Shown piece after piece: positions 38,125 to 48,204 of a DNA stretch of 64,000 bases. The stretch is from Planctomycetota bacterium (lineage in GTDB: Bacteria > Planctomycetota > SZUA-567 > H5-PLA8). Location: NCBI GenBank assembly GCA_038227875.1, contig JBBRPR010000041.1, positions 13,811 to 77,810 of the forward strand. Reading direction: 5' to 3'. The position numbers and the translations under genes are program-made. The number at the start of each line of letters is the position of its first letter. Within the stretch, counting starts at the first letter, position 1. The notes beneath the pieces are model-generated. The model had not been told where the DNA came from and did no database searches. It saw only the letters and a program-made list of their open reading frames with translations.

Positions 38125-39297
38125 TCACAGCCAGCTGAAAGGATAGGCTGGGTCGTCGAGTTTCATGGCATCGGCCGTCAGCAACAGCGGCTTGTCGGTG
38201 TCGAACATCACGGCCAGTTCCTCGGTGCGTTTGGCATCCATGCTCGCGGCGATGGTGCCGGGGTGCGGACCGTGGGGGATGCCGCGGGGGTGGACGGAGA
38301 GCGATCCGGATTCGACGCCCTTGCGGCTGCCGAACTGGCCGCGGACGTAGAAGAGGACTTCGTCGGCCTCCACATTGGAATGGACATATGGCACCTTGAT
38401 CGCGAGCGGATGGGAGTCGAGCATGCGCGGCGCGAAGGTGCAGATGACGAAGCCTTTGCATTCGAAGGTCTGATGGATCGGCGGCGGCTGATGGACGGTG
38501 CCGGTAATCGGTTCGAAATCGTTCGCGCTGAACGTGTAGGGATAGATGAAGCCGTCCCAGCCGACGAGATCGAATGGGTGGTGCGCCATGACATAGCGCG
38601 TCAGGCGCGAACCGTCTTTGACGAGAATCGGTGTGTCTTCTTCCTTGTCGATGAAGAGCGGTTCGGTCGGGCCGTGGAGGTCTCGTTCACTGAAGGGCGC
38701 GCCCATTTTGATCTGGCCGTCGGGATTGTGGTAGTGAGCCGGAACGCGAATGGCGCCTTCGGATTCCAGGATGAGGTAATCTTCGGCCGCGATGTTGTCG
38801 GGGACGAGGCGGTAGGTCGTGCCGCGCGGGATAACAATGTAGTCGTCTTCGCGGTAGGGCAGCCGGCCGTAGGACGATTCCAGCACACCGCCGCCGTGGA
38901 AGACGAAGATGACTTCGTCCGAGGCGCCGTTGCGGTAAAGCATTTCCTGCGGCTGTGACGGCCGGCAGCGGTAGCAGGTGAGGTCGGCATTCGTGAGGAG
39001 CGGAATGCGCCCGCGGATCGGATCGCCGCCGCGCGCCATGCCCGACGTCTTGAGATGATGGTGGCGCAACGTCTGTTCTGGCGCGATTTCGAAGGCGAAG
39101 AAACCCGCGCTTTCAATTTTGCGTACGCGTGTCGGCGGGCGCAGGTGGTACATGATCGAGTACGCGCGATCGAATCCCGCCGTGGTGACGACATGCTCGT
39201 AGGCCATGCCTTCCTGATTGAAGCTCGTCGCCTTGTCGCGCGCGAGTTTCGTGTGGCGCTTCGGCGGGATCGTTCCTTGTTTCATGTAGGTGGGCAT
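38125..39297 (-). CDS. hmgA: Homogentisate 1,2-dioxygenase
   Basis: PPKRH, HHPFDLVGWDG, HQPPP.HQTF, PY.HSN...DEV.FY, HP.G.PHGP.PG, ELAVM.DT. Confidence 0.9.
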   Translation of the reverse strand: MPTYMKQGTIPPKRHTKLARDKATSFNQEGMAYEHVVTTAGFDRAYSIMYHLRPPTRVRKIESAGFFAFEIAPEQTLRHHHLKTSGMARGGDPIRGRIPLLTNADLTCYRCRPSQPQEMLYRNGASDEVIFVFHGGGVLESSYGRLPYREDDYIVIPRGTTYRLVPDNIAAEDYLILESEGAIRVPAHYHNPDGQIKMGAPFSERDLHGPTEPLFIDKEEDTPILVKDGSRLTRYVMAHHPFDLVGWDGFIYPYTFSANDFEPITGTVHQPPPIHQTFECKGFVICTFAPRMLDSHPLAIKVPYVHSNVEADEVLFYVRGQFGSRKGVESGSLSVHPRGIPHGPHPGTIAASMDAKRTEELAVMFDTDKPLLLTADAMKLDDPAYPFSWL

Positions 39298-39321
39298 GGC
39301 TGGTCCTCGTCGAGCCTCTGT

Positions 39322-40230
39322 TCAAGCCGGTCTTGCAACCACAACGTTCCTCAACACCCCAAGCCTCTCTATCTCCAATTCAACCACATCTCCAGGCTTT
39401 AGCCAGCCGCCGGTGGTTTCGGGGCCGAGTTCCAGGATGCAGCCGGAGCCGACAGTGCCGGAGCCGATCAGATCGCCGACGAAGAGTTCGGCGTCGCGGG
39501 AGGCTTGGGCGATCACTTGGGGCCACGGGTGGTGCATAGCTTTGGCATTGCCGCGGGAAAATTCCTTGCCGTTGATCCGGGCCGACATGGCGAGGTTGAC
39601 GCGGCCGTCGGCGTCGATCACGTCGCTGAATTCGTCCAGCGTCACCAGCCAGGGGCCGACGGCGGTGGCGAAGTCCTTGCCTTTCGCGGGTCCCAGGCCC
39701 ACTGCCATTTCCTTCCGCTGCAGGTCGCGGGCGCTGAAGTCGTTGATGATCGTGAAGCCGGCGACGTGTTCCCAAGCCTGTTCCGGCGGGATGTCCCGGC
39801 CGGGCTTGCCGATGACGATGCCGAGCTCCAATTCGTAGTCGAGTTCGGCGCAGCCGTGGGGGGCGTAGACGCTGGCGCCGCTGCCGAGCAGCGAACCGGG
39901 ATTGGAGAAGTAGAAGACGGGGATGTCGTACCATTCGGGTGCGACTTTGGCGCCGCGTTTTTCGCGGCAGGTTTTCACGTGCTGCTCGAAGGCGTAGAAA
40001 TCCCGGAAGGCTCGAGGTTGCAGCACGGGCGGGAGGAACTTCGGCGTTCCGGAGACGCGCAGGCCGGGTTTGACGGCGAGCTTCGGCACGATGCTCAGGA
40101 ACTCGTCGCGGTGCGGCAGGAGCGTCTGCAGATTCGGCACGAGCTCGTTTAAGTACACCCAGCCGGAGGGTGTTTCGGCGGCGGGGCGGGGTGGGAGGCC
40201 GTTGCCGGGGTCGAGTGTGGCTAAGCGCAT
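39322..40230 (-). CDS. fahA: Fumarylacetoacetate hydrolase family protein
   Basis: RDFYAFEQH, PVFYFSN, LDYELE, NDFSARD.Q, KGKDF, GSGT. Confidence 0.85.
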   Translation of the reverse strand: MRLATLDPGNGLPPRPAAETPSGWVYLNELVPNLQTLLPHRDEFLSIVPKLAVKPGLRVSGTPKFLPPVLQPRAFRDFYAFEQHVKTCREKRGAKVAPEWYDIPVFYFSNPGSLLGSGASVYAPHGCAELDYELELGIVIGKPGRDIPPEQAWEHVAGFTIINDFSARDLQRKEMAVGLGPAKGKDFATAVGPWLVTLDEFSDVIDADGRVNLAMSARINGKEFSRGNAKAMHHPWPQVIAQASRDAELFVGDLIGSGTVGSGCILELGPETTGGWLKPGDVVELEIERLGVLRNVVVARPA

Positions 40231-40250
40231 GGGTGTTTACCTCGCGTTAT

Positions 40251-41453
40251 TTAAAGCGTTACGACCTGGCCTTTGCGGGCCCACGGGACGCCGACTTCGT
40301 GCGGGAGTTTATTCTCTTCGTAGCAGGTGGTGAGGACGTCGACCAGGCCGTCGACATAGGTCAGCGTATCGCCGTCGGCTTCCGTTTTGACGCGGCCGAT
40401 GGCGGCGGGGAATTCGACAACCTCGGGCACGGAGCGTTGCATGCCGTCGATGGCTCGCGTCTGGTTCATCGCGGCTTCGATGGTGCAGGGGATCGGCGCG
40501 CCACCGCGGATGGCATCGACTGTTTTCCAGAGCTTGCGGCCCTGATCCTGATCGAGGCTGCCGTAGTTTTTGACCGTGCCGTCGGTGAAGTTGGCCGTGA
40601 TCGGCGTGTCGCGGTCGTGGATGACGGTGCCTTTTTCGAATTCATAGATGAAGCGCGGACCGAGCAGGCTTTCGACGGGGTGCGCGCAGTAGTAGAGCAG
40701 CTCGGCGCCATCGGCGGTGCGGAAGCGCGCGACGCCGGTATCGAAGTTGGTGATCGGATTGGCGCGGTAGAGTTCGGCCTGCGCTTCCACCGGGGGCGCG
40801 CTGCGGTCGACGCGGTCGCCGAGGACGAAGAACATGTTGTGGAGAAAGTGCGCGGTGGCGTTGTTGGCGGGGCTATCGAGCACCCAGGACCCGTTGCGCG
40901 ACTGCCGCGCGCCGGCCCACGCACTGCGCTGGTAGTAGGAGCGCTTGCGCGGCCAGAGCACCAGCGTTTTCAAGCGTTTGGCGCGGCCGAACTTTCCGGC
41001 CATGATGTCGGCTTTCAGGTTCAGGACGGAGTCGCTGAATGAGGCTTGGTAGCCGACGGCGACGATTTTACCGGCCTTGTCGCGCGCGGCGATCATGCGG
41101 GCTGCTTCGTCGAGCGTGGCGCAGAGCGGCTTTTCGACGATGACGTGGAGGCCGTGTTCAAGGGCGCGGATGGTTTCCGGTGCGTGGAGGTGGATCGGTA
41201 GGGCCAGCAGCATGAGATCGGCGCGGACGGTCGAGGCGTAGAAGTCGTCGAGCGAGGTGAAGAGCGCGACGCCTTTCGTTTTGAGTTCGTTCCAGCGGGC
41301 GGCTTTCTCGCCGGCGGGATCGATGCCGGCGACGAGCTGGATGTTCTTCTCAGCGCCGATGTGATCGAGGTAGTTCAGGTAAGAGCCGCCGTACCCGCCC
41401 ACTCCGGCGAGGGCTACGGTGACGGGTTTGGCATCAGGAGTTGAAGCGGACAT
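40251..41453 (-). CDS. Gfo/Idh/MocA-family oxidoreductase
   Basis: GVGGYG, LPIHLH, EKP, VGYQ, DSPANNA.AH. Confidence 0.9.
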   Translation of the reverse strand: MSASTPDAKPVTVALAGVGGYGGSYLNYLDHIGAEKNIQLVAGIDPAGEKAARWNELKTKGVALFTSLDDFYASTVRADLMLLALPIHLHAPETIRALEHGLHVIVEKPLCATLDEAARMIAARDKAGKIVAVGYQASFSDSVLNLKADIMAGKFGRAKRLKTLVLWPRKRSYYQRSAWAGARQSRNGSWVLDSPANNATAHFLHNMFFVLGDRVDRSAPPVEAQAELYRANPITNFDTGVARFRTADGAELLYYCAHPVESLLGPRFIYEFEKGTVIHDRDTPITANFTDGTVKNYGSLDQDQGRKLWKTVDAIRGGAPIPCTIEAAMNQTRAIDGMQRSVPEVVEFPAAIGRVKTEADGDTLTYVDGLVDVLTTCYEENKLPHEVGVPWARKGQVVTL

Positions 41454-41865
41454 GGTGGGTGGAGATCTCCGAATCTTCCGGGGCAATTTTCCATTTTCCA
41501 AGACCATCGTACAGGGATTGGAGATGGGGTGGTACTCGCGATTTTTGCTCCAGGTGAATGTTACGGAATGCGACAGAATGTTACAGGGATCGGGGGTGGG
41601 GCTTTTATCTCACGCCAAGCCGCTAAGGCGCAAAGGGACGGAGTTTTTATTTTAGGCAAAGAGGACGCGCAAGGCGAGGGTTGGGGATTTACATGGCTAG
41701 GCCTCCGGGGGTGGGTGGTTCGCTGGATTGGGACAGGATCAGGTATTGTGAGCGAGTTGAAGGCAATGGTGCGGGTTTCCGGAGCGGCGATGATGTGACG
41801 TGGTGTGGAAAGTGTCCTTATATATAAGCGGTGATTGATCCCGAAAATCAAGGGAAATCTGGCGG

Positions 41866-41991
41866 ATGAGCTAATTTGAGCAGGAATGAGAGCGAATGAT
41901 AGCAAATGAGCGCGATTGAGCAGGAATGATTCAAAATGAGCGCGATTGAGCAGGAATGAGCAGGAATGAGCGTGAATGAGCAGGAATAAGC
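41866..41991. repeat. 13 tandem 10-bp repeats, consensus (A/T)TGAGCAGGA
   Basis: Exact 10-bp period read directly; a second short 10-bp array GAATG.. at 41556-41585. Confidence 0.85.
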
Positions 41992-42108
41992 GAGTGGCAC
42001 GAAGTCTATGTTTAGTAGCACGAGCGAATCAGACGTCGTTGTTTTGGTGGAAGTTCAGTCGCCTGCGGTCTCTGGCATCAGCTGCGATTGCTGGGTAGCA
42101 TCTTTTGT

Positions 42109-43623
42109 ATGAGTGATCCGAATTTTCATTGGGAGCCCTTGGCGCCTGGAGCGGTGGGCGAACTGTTTCAGGGATTGAACATCCGCTGGTGGATTGCGGG
42201 CGGGTGGGCGATTGATCTGTTTCTGGGCCGACAGACGCGCGTTCATGGCGATATCGATGTGCTAATATTACGCCGCGATCAGCTTGCACTCCAAGAACAT
42301 CTGCGGGGATGGGAACTGTGGGCGGCCCATCCGCCGGGAACGCTGGTGCCATGGACCCACGGCGAAATACTTCCTAAAGAAGCGCACGACATCTGGTGCC
42401 GGAAGTCGTCCGATGCGCCCTGGTGTCTGCAAATTATGATCGCTGATACTGATGCAAATCAGGACGTTGAGCACTGGCTGTTTCGACGCGACCCGCGGAT
42501 TTCACGGCCGCTTGATATGCTGGGTGGGCGCACCCCGGACGGTCTTTCATTTCTGTGCCCTGAAGTGCAGTTGCTCTTTAAGGCGAAGAACCCGCGGGAC
42601 AAGGATGAATCCGATTTCGCGGCCGCGCTGCCCCACATGAGCCTCGACGCGTGCCAGTGGCTGGCGTGGGGGCTGGCCATGACGCGGCCGCCTGGATGTG
42701 GGTGGGAAGAGTTGGTTCGTGAGAGCATCGAGAAAAAGGGCGCAAAGAAGAGAGCCGAAATTTGCAACACAATGGCGCGCGCCGCCTTCCATGGGGAAAA
42801 TTCCCTTCTCCAACGCTTGATCCATGAAGTAGGCGTTGAGCTGAATGAGCGAATACCGTTATGCACGCCAGAACTGGAAGCGGACTTCATACTTCAAGAA
42901 GCAAATCTGGGCTATGTGACGGCGACGTTCTTGATCCTGGCCATCTATGGAAAACAAATCGATACCGTCAGGCTGTTGTTGGAAGCGGGATGTGATCCCG
43001 ACGCCACCCGTGCGGAAGATGAGAAGGCAGCGTTGCACGTCGCTGCCGCGGTGGGATCCGATGACATGGTCAAGTTGCTGCTGGACGCGGGCGCGGCCGT
43101 GGACATGCCCGAGGGCAACGGGGCGTTGCCTCTGGCCTCCGCGTGTTTCTACGGACATCTCAAAAGTATAAATCTTTTGATCGCGGCAAAATCTCCGTTG
43201 CAGCGAAAGTCCAAAGCGGATTCTTCCCCACCACTGAATGCTGCCGTCTCGGGAAATCAGCTCGCTGTTGCCAAATTTCTATTGGAATCCGGCGCCGATC
43301 CCAACGTTCGTTCGGATCAGGGTGTCACGCCGCTGATGCTTGCGGCGCAGAAGCGGCAGTTGGAAATGGTAGAGTTACTGCTGGCGTACAAAGCCAATCC
43401 GAATCTGGTCAGCAGACGAGAACGAGATACCGCGCTTATTGTGTCGAGTTATGGCATGCCTCCCGTGCTTGAAATTGTGGAGGCATTGTTGAATTCGGGA
43501 GCGGACCCGGACATCCAAGATTCAAGAAACAAAACCGCCGTCGACTGGGCAAGGGAGTGGCACAACGAGCAGGTCGTTGAGCTGATTGAAAGGTACCGGA
43601 GGCGGAGAGGCACGCGAGACTGA
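42109..43623 (+). CDS. ANT(2'')/Lnu-like nucleotidyltransferase fused to ankyrin repeats
   Basis: WWIAGGWAIDLFLG.QTR.H.DIDV, PEVQLLFKAK..R.KD..DF; then about 6 ankyrin repeats (ALHVAAA.G...VKLLL.AGA, TPLMLAA). Confidence 0.8.
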   Translation: MSDPNFHWEPLAPGAVGELFQGLNIRWWIAGGWAIDLFLGRQTRVHGDIDVLILRRDQLALQEHLRGWELWAAHPPGTLVPWTHGEILPKEAHDIWCRKSSDAPWCLQIMIADTDANQDVEHWLFRRDPRISRPLDMLGGRTPDGLSFLCPEVQLLFKAKNPRDKDESDFAAALPHMSLDACQWLAWGLAMTRPPGCGWEELVRESIEKKGAKKRAEICNTMARAAFHGENSLLQRLIHEVGVELNERIPLCTPELEADFILQEANLGYVTATFLILAIYGKQIDTVRLLLEAGCDPDATRAEDEKAALHVAAAVGSDDMVKLLLDAGAAVDMPEGNGALPLASACFYGHLKSINLLIAAKSPLQRKSKADSSPPLNAAVSGNQLAVAKFLLESGADPNVRSDQGVTPLMLAAQKRQLEMVELLLAYKANPNLVSRRERDTALIVSSYGMPPVLEIVEALLNSGADPDIQDSRNKTAVDWAREWHNEQVVELIERYRRRRGTRD

Positions 43624-43730
43624 GACGGGGTAATTTCCGTACACGAGCAGTGAGTTTTCGCAGAGCAGAAGTTCGCAACGGATTGAACGACTCTGACTTC
43701 GATGGGAGCCAGGACCGGTTCGCGCGCAAA

Positions 43731-43797
43731 CCCCTCACCCCGCGAGAGCCCAAACGGCCGGGCTCTCGTCGGCCCTCTCCCCAGAGGGGCGAGGGGG
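43731..43797. repeat. REP-like element (CCCTCACCCC..CCCTCTCCC..GGGGCGAGGG)
   Basis: Stem cccctc/gagggg with internal hairpins; related degenerate copy at about 45672-45740. Confidence 0.55.
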
Positions 43798-44127
43798 CGT
43801 GCGATCCTGACGCGTCGAACGGGCGATCCTTGTTCGCGAGGGCGGCAATGGTAAGGCTGAATCTTCGCTACGCTCTGATTCATCCGTACCAGGGGCACCA
43901 ACCATGCTCCAAATTACAAACGCGATGTCTCTCTCGCACCCGTCTCAACGGCGAGACGGGTGGCACCCTCGCTTGTGATTTGGCGCTAGATCATGGGGGA
44001 CTGCAATGGCGATCGGGCATTTCGAGCGGGGCGCCGATGGATAAATGGAGCGTGGCGGACGATCGCCTTTCATATGTGACGTGTTGGGATTGTATTGGTT
44101 AGTACGTTTACCAAGGAGGCTCAACAC

Positions 44128-44916
44128 ATGGCCAACGCATTGGCGCCATCCGGCGATATTCGACCTTCCATTCTATCTTGGCGCGCGTTTGATTCGCTGC
44201 TGCGCGGCAAACTGCTCTTTGCGGAGCGCGTGCGCCTGATGACTGTCTGGCTCGCGTGGCAGGTACTGTGCGCCGCCGCGTTCGGCATCTCCCTCGGCGT
44301 TTACGGACTGACGAGCCGCGAGTCGCCGGATGCCCGGTACATGTTTGCCGACCTGGTGAAGATGCCATTGCTATTGCTGCTTACGTCGCTGGTAACGTGT
44401 CCGTCGCTGTATGTCTTTGGCGCGCTCCGAGGACTGCGCTTCAGCGCGCGTGAATTCGCGGCGATGCTCATGGTTGCGCATACGATTCTGGCGGCGGTGC
44501 TGGGCTCGTTGGCGCCGGTGGTGGCTTTCTTCGCGCTAACCACGTCGTCGTATTCGTTCATGGTCTTGTTGACAGTGTTGGCGTGCATCCTGGCGGGAGT
44601 GCTGGGAATCCGCGCGTTTTTGCGCGCGGTCAACGAGCCGGTCGTCACTGCTCAGGCCCCGGCCGTTGAGCCTGGAGCAGAAGTCGAAGCGCCCGCGGCG
44701 CAGTCCACGGGATTTCTAGCGCGGCCGCCCAGCGTCAGTCTGAACGTCTGGAAGCTGCTGGGCTGGTGGTTGGCGCTCTACGCGTTCGTCGGTGCGCAAA
44801 TGGGATGGATGCTTCGCCCCTTTATTGGGTCTCCGGATCTGCCGTTCATTTTGTTTCGTGGCAAAGGCGGGAGCTTGGTTGAAACCATCCTGCATCACCT
44901 CCACGAGATGCTTTAA
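44128..44916 (+). CDS. Multi-pass membrane protein with GxQMGWxLRPF motif
   Basis: AAGGAGG RBS, about 5 TM segments, KMPLL.L.T....PSLY, FVGAQMGWMLRPFIG. Confidence 0.75.
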   Translation: MANALAPSGDIRPSILSWRAFDSLLRGKLLFAERVRLMTVWLAWQVLCAAAFGISLGVYGLTSRESPDARYMFADLVKMPLLLLLTSLVTCPSLYVFGALRGLRFSAREFAAMLMVAHTILAAVLGSLAPVVAFFALTTSSYSFMVLLTVLACILAGVLGIRAFLRAVNEPVVTAQAPAVEPGAEVEAPAAQSTGFLARPPSVSLNVWKLLGWWLALYAFVGAQMGWMLRPFIGSPDLPFILFRGKGGSLVETILHHLHEML

Positions 44917-44930
44917 GAGATTTTGCTTCA

Positions 44931-45647
44931 ATGGCCGCCACCAGCATTGGACCTGTATCAAATCATCGACCCACCAACGTGTGGACGCGGTGGTCTCGCG
45001 CCATTCGAGAATTTCTGCATTCCGGCGGCGCGCGCGGGAATGCCTGGCAGGCTCTCCCGTCCTATGCACCGGCACTTTTGATTGCCCTCTGCGGCCTCAC
45101 GTACGGCGCAATCATGGGCGGCTACAACGGCATCACGGGCGACCGCGCGATCATGGTCGTCTACGGCGCGTTGAAAGTCCCCATGCTTTTCCTCGTGACC
45201 ATGCTGATTGCAGTCCCCTGCTTTTATGTGCTGAATCTGCTGCTTGGAGTCGGGGACGATTTTCGCCAGGTCTGGAAAGCGCTGGTCGACTACCAGCTCT
45301 CGGTCGCCATGCAATTGGTGGCGCTGGCACCGGCGACGCTGTTCGTCAACGCCAGTAATGACGATTACCGGATCGCTCTGGTCTGGAGCACACTGTTGTT
45401 TGCGGTTACCGGTTGGAACGCCCAGCGCTCACTGAACGCTGGGTACAGCGCGCTGGTAGTGACGAATCCCACGCACGCCTATTTGCGCCGGTTCTGGTTT
45501 GTGCTCTATGCCTTCGTGGGAATCCAGATGGGTTGGGATTTGCGTCCCTTTGTGGGCAGCCCATACATGCCTGTGCAATTTTTCCGAGACCATATCGGCA
45601 ACGCCTATACTGAAACGCTGCGCGCATTTTTGACGATGCTGCATTAG
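44931..45647 (+). CDS. Paralogous membrane protein with GxQMGWxLRPF motif
   Basis: KVPMLFL.T...VP.FY, FVGIQMGWDLRPFVG. Confidence 0.75.
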   Translation: MAATSIGPVSNHRPTNVWTRWSRAIREFLHSGGARGNAWQALPSYAPALLIALCGLTYGAIMGGYNGITGDRAIMVVYGALKVPMLFLVTMLIAVPCFYVLNLLLGVGDDFRQVWKALVDYQLSVAMQLVALAPATLFVNASNDDYRIALVWSTLLFAVTGWNAQRSLNAGYSALVVTNPTHAYLRRFWFVLYAFVGIQMGWDLRPFVGSPYMPVQFFRDHIGNAYTETLRAFLTMLH

Positions 45648-45740
45648 CGCGGCAGAACCGATTCGCGCGTCTCCCCCTCATCCGATCTCTTCTTCGACAG
45701 GCTCGGGATTTACTCGAGTCTCTCCCAAGCGGTGAGCGAT

Positions 45741-48098
45741 TTACTCGCGCTTGCCGGCGAGGTGTTGGATTTCCGGTTCGGTCAGCACGCGTTCGTAGAG
45801 GCGGAAGTCGTCGAGCAGGCCTTTGAAGAAGAACCACTTTCCGTTGGTCGACGGCCAGTACTGCGTCTGGCCGGTGCCGAGTTGGTTGCGCGCCATGCCC
45901 CAGCCGTCGATGTTGCCGGTATAGCTGTTGACTCGCGCGCCGTCGAGGAAGACGTTCTCGCGGTCCTGTTTGCCTTCCTTCTGAACCGTGATCACGACGT
46001 GGTGCCACTTGCCGTCGTTGACCGGCGTGTCCCAGGCGGGCATCACCGTGGCTTTGACGATGTGAAAGCAGGCATAGAGCTTGCCGTCGTGGCCGACGTA
46101 GATGGTGTTGACGTGGCGCTTGGTGTTGGGGTCGCCGACGGGGACGTCCTGCTGGCCGAGGATGACGCCTTCGGACGTGGTGTTGAACCAGATGGCCACG
46201 CTCAGGATGGGGTGCGGGCGGAAAAGTTCATCGGGCAGCGTGACGATTTGATTGGTGCCGTTGAGGCTGATGGCGCTGTTCATTTTTCCCGGGACGAGCT
46301 GCGGGCCGTTGACGGCGGTGCCGGCACGGTTCTGTCCGGAGGAGTCGGGGAGCGTCGCGGCCTGCAGGTCGTCGAATTTCAGGCGCAGCAGCAGGCCCTT
46401 GGTGTCGGGTTCCCATTGGAGCGATTCCAGGTCGTTGATTTCCGCAGCGTGAAGCGTGACGAAGGCGGTTTCACCAAAGGCGGCGCGGAAGCTGGTCATG
46501 GCGGATTTGACCTGCGGCGCGCGCCGGGAATCGAAATCGACCCCGAGCTTGGCGACGTCTTTGAACGCGGCTTCGGCGGCGTGTTCGTGGAAATCGGCTT
46601 CCGCGTCGGTCAGGAGTTGCTTCAAGCAGACGAGGTCTTCTGCGGTCGCGCTGCTGTTCTGTTTGGTGACCGCCGCGGCGTCCAATTTGTGGTCGGGTGC
46701 GGACAGTGCGTCGGCGAAGGCCTGGACGACGCGGCCGTGCGGGCTGTCGCCAAGGCCCAGAGAAGCCAATTGCGAGCGGGTGCTGTCGGGCAGCGACGAG
46801 AGCGGAACGGTGAGGGTCAGGCCTTTGCTGTTGACGAAGATTTCGTTGTCCTTGAGATCGGTGAATTTGAATTCGGCCGACTTGCCCACGTGGATCGGCG
46901 CGCCGTGGGCGACGGGGAGCGTGAAGTCGGCGACGTCCTTGAGATTGGCGGCGCCCTTGGGCACGGCGCCATCGATTTCGTTGAGCCAGTCGAGGACCGG
47001 TTTGACGCTGGCCAGTTCGGTTTTTTTCGAGGCTAGCGCGTCGTTGACTTCCGCCTGGGCCAGCAGGGACTTGGCCTTCTCGGCGTCGTGCGCGCGCAAG
47101 GCGGTCTGAAAATCGGCTTGGAAGGCGGTGTAGGCTTTCAAGGTATTGAGCGCGGCGATGCGCGCGACTTCGGCCGGGTCCGGCGGCGGCGGAACGGGAG
47201 CGGCGGTCTTGGTTGTGGTGGCCGGCGGTTTGGGCGGAGAAGGTTTCACGTAAATAGTCTTGGGCGGAGGCGGAGTCGTATTCGCCTGTGCGGCCGGAGC
47301 GGGCGCCGGGGTGGCGGGCGTCGCGGGGGTGGCAACGGTCGACGGCGTCGATGGAGCGGGCGCAGTCGTGGCCGATTTCTTCAGGTCCGCGACCATCTTG
47401 CGCGCGCGGGCGGCGGCGATGCTGTTGCTGTTGGCGGCGATGAACTGTTCCAGCGCGGCGCCCTGGTCGTCCTTGTTCATGGCGTTGAGTTTGTTGCGCA
47501 GTACTTCGAAGGCATCGTTGGCCTGTTGATCGGGATCGGATTTGGCGCTCTGCGGATTGAAGGCGCTGTGCGCGGTGGATTCCGAAATAGCCGGCGTCGC
47601 CACGGGCGTGGGCGCCGGAGTGGACGGAGCGGCGGCGGTGTGTTCCGGGGTGCTTGCCGGCGAGCTGCTGAGCAGGATGATGGCTGAGATCACCAACGCG
47701 GCGATGCCACCGGCGATCATGGGCAGCAGCGGCATCGACTGAGGTCGCGGCGGAGCTGTTTCGGGTTTGCGGTCGGAGGACGGTTTTTGCGGGATCAGCA
47801 GCATGCGCGAACTGCGGTTGGAACCCGCGCCTGTGGCGACGGGGAGCACCGGCATGGACGGCGTGGTGGCGTGCGCAGGGTCGAGCTGATTGCGCTTGCT
47901 GTCTTTGACGACGGCCTTCATGCCGGTGCCGGAGGACTTGGCGGTCGGGCCTTGAATGGCTTCGATCTGTGTGGTGACAATGCCGATGGAACAGGATTTA
48001 CAGTAGACACCCTTGGCCTGCTTGTCGGCGGCTTGACCGGAATCGAAGTCGGCTTCGGTGAGCCGTTTTCCGCATTTTTCGCAGAACCAGAATTTCAT
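45741..48098 (-). CDS. C4 zinc-finger single-pass membrane protein with C-terminal LamG-like domain
   Basis: MKFWFCEKC-x23-CKSC, TM IAGGIAALVISAIILL, helical modules, LamG (VNDGKWHHV, F.G.LDDFRLY.R.L). Confidence 0.75.
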   Translation of the reverse strand: MKFWFCEKCGKRLTEADFDSGQAADKQAKGVYCKSCSIGIVTTQIEAIQGPTAKSSGTGMKAVVKDSKRNQLDPAHATTPSMPVLPVATGAGSNRSSRMLLIPQKPSSDRKPETAPPRPQSMPLLPMIAGGIAALVISAIILLSSSPASTPEHTAAAPSTPAPTPVATPAISESTAHSAFNPQSAKSDPDQQANDAFEVLRNKLNAMNKDDQGAALEQFIAANSNSIAAARARKMVADLKKSATTAPAPSTPSTVATPATPATPAPAPAAQANTTPPPPKTIYVKPSPPKPPATTTKTAAPVPPPPDPAEVARIAALNTLKAYTAFQADFQTALRAHDAEKAKSLLAQAEVNDALASKKTELASVKPVLDWLNEIDGAVPKGAANLKDVADFTLPVAHGAPIHVGKSAEFKFTDLKDNEIFVNSKGLTLTVPLSSLPDSTRSQLASLGLGDSPHGRVVQAFADALSAPDHKLDAAAVTKQNSSATAEDLVCLKQLLTDAEADFHEHAAEAAFKDVAKLGVDFDSRRAPQVKSAMTSFRAAFGETAFVTLHAAEINDLESLQWEPDTKGLLLRLKFDDLQAATLPDSSGQNRAGTAVNGPQLVPGKMNSAISLNGTNQIVTLPDELFRPHPILSVAIWFNTTSEGVILGQQDVPVGDPNTKRHVNTIYVGHDGKLYACFHIVKATVMPAWDTPVNDGKWHHVVITVQKEGKQDRENVFLDGARVNSYTGNIDGWGMARNQLGTGQTQYWPSTNGKWFFFKGLLDDFRLYERVLTEPEIQHLAGKRE

Positions 48099-48204
48099 AA
48101 TAGCCCACAGTGATCAAGTGTTTGCACAAAGTGTCAATTGTGGCCAAGGAAACATATTTAGACAAGACAAAACTGGGCAAAGTAGGGAGTTGCTCATGAG
48201 CATT

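Noticed and set aside
42109..42750. Bona fide antibiotic-resistance gene (ant(2'')/lnu)
   Set aside because: Only family-level motifs are visible; substrate cannot be inferred
45732..47036. 434-aa plus-strand ORF
   Set aside because: Antisense shadow of the LamG protein
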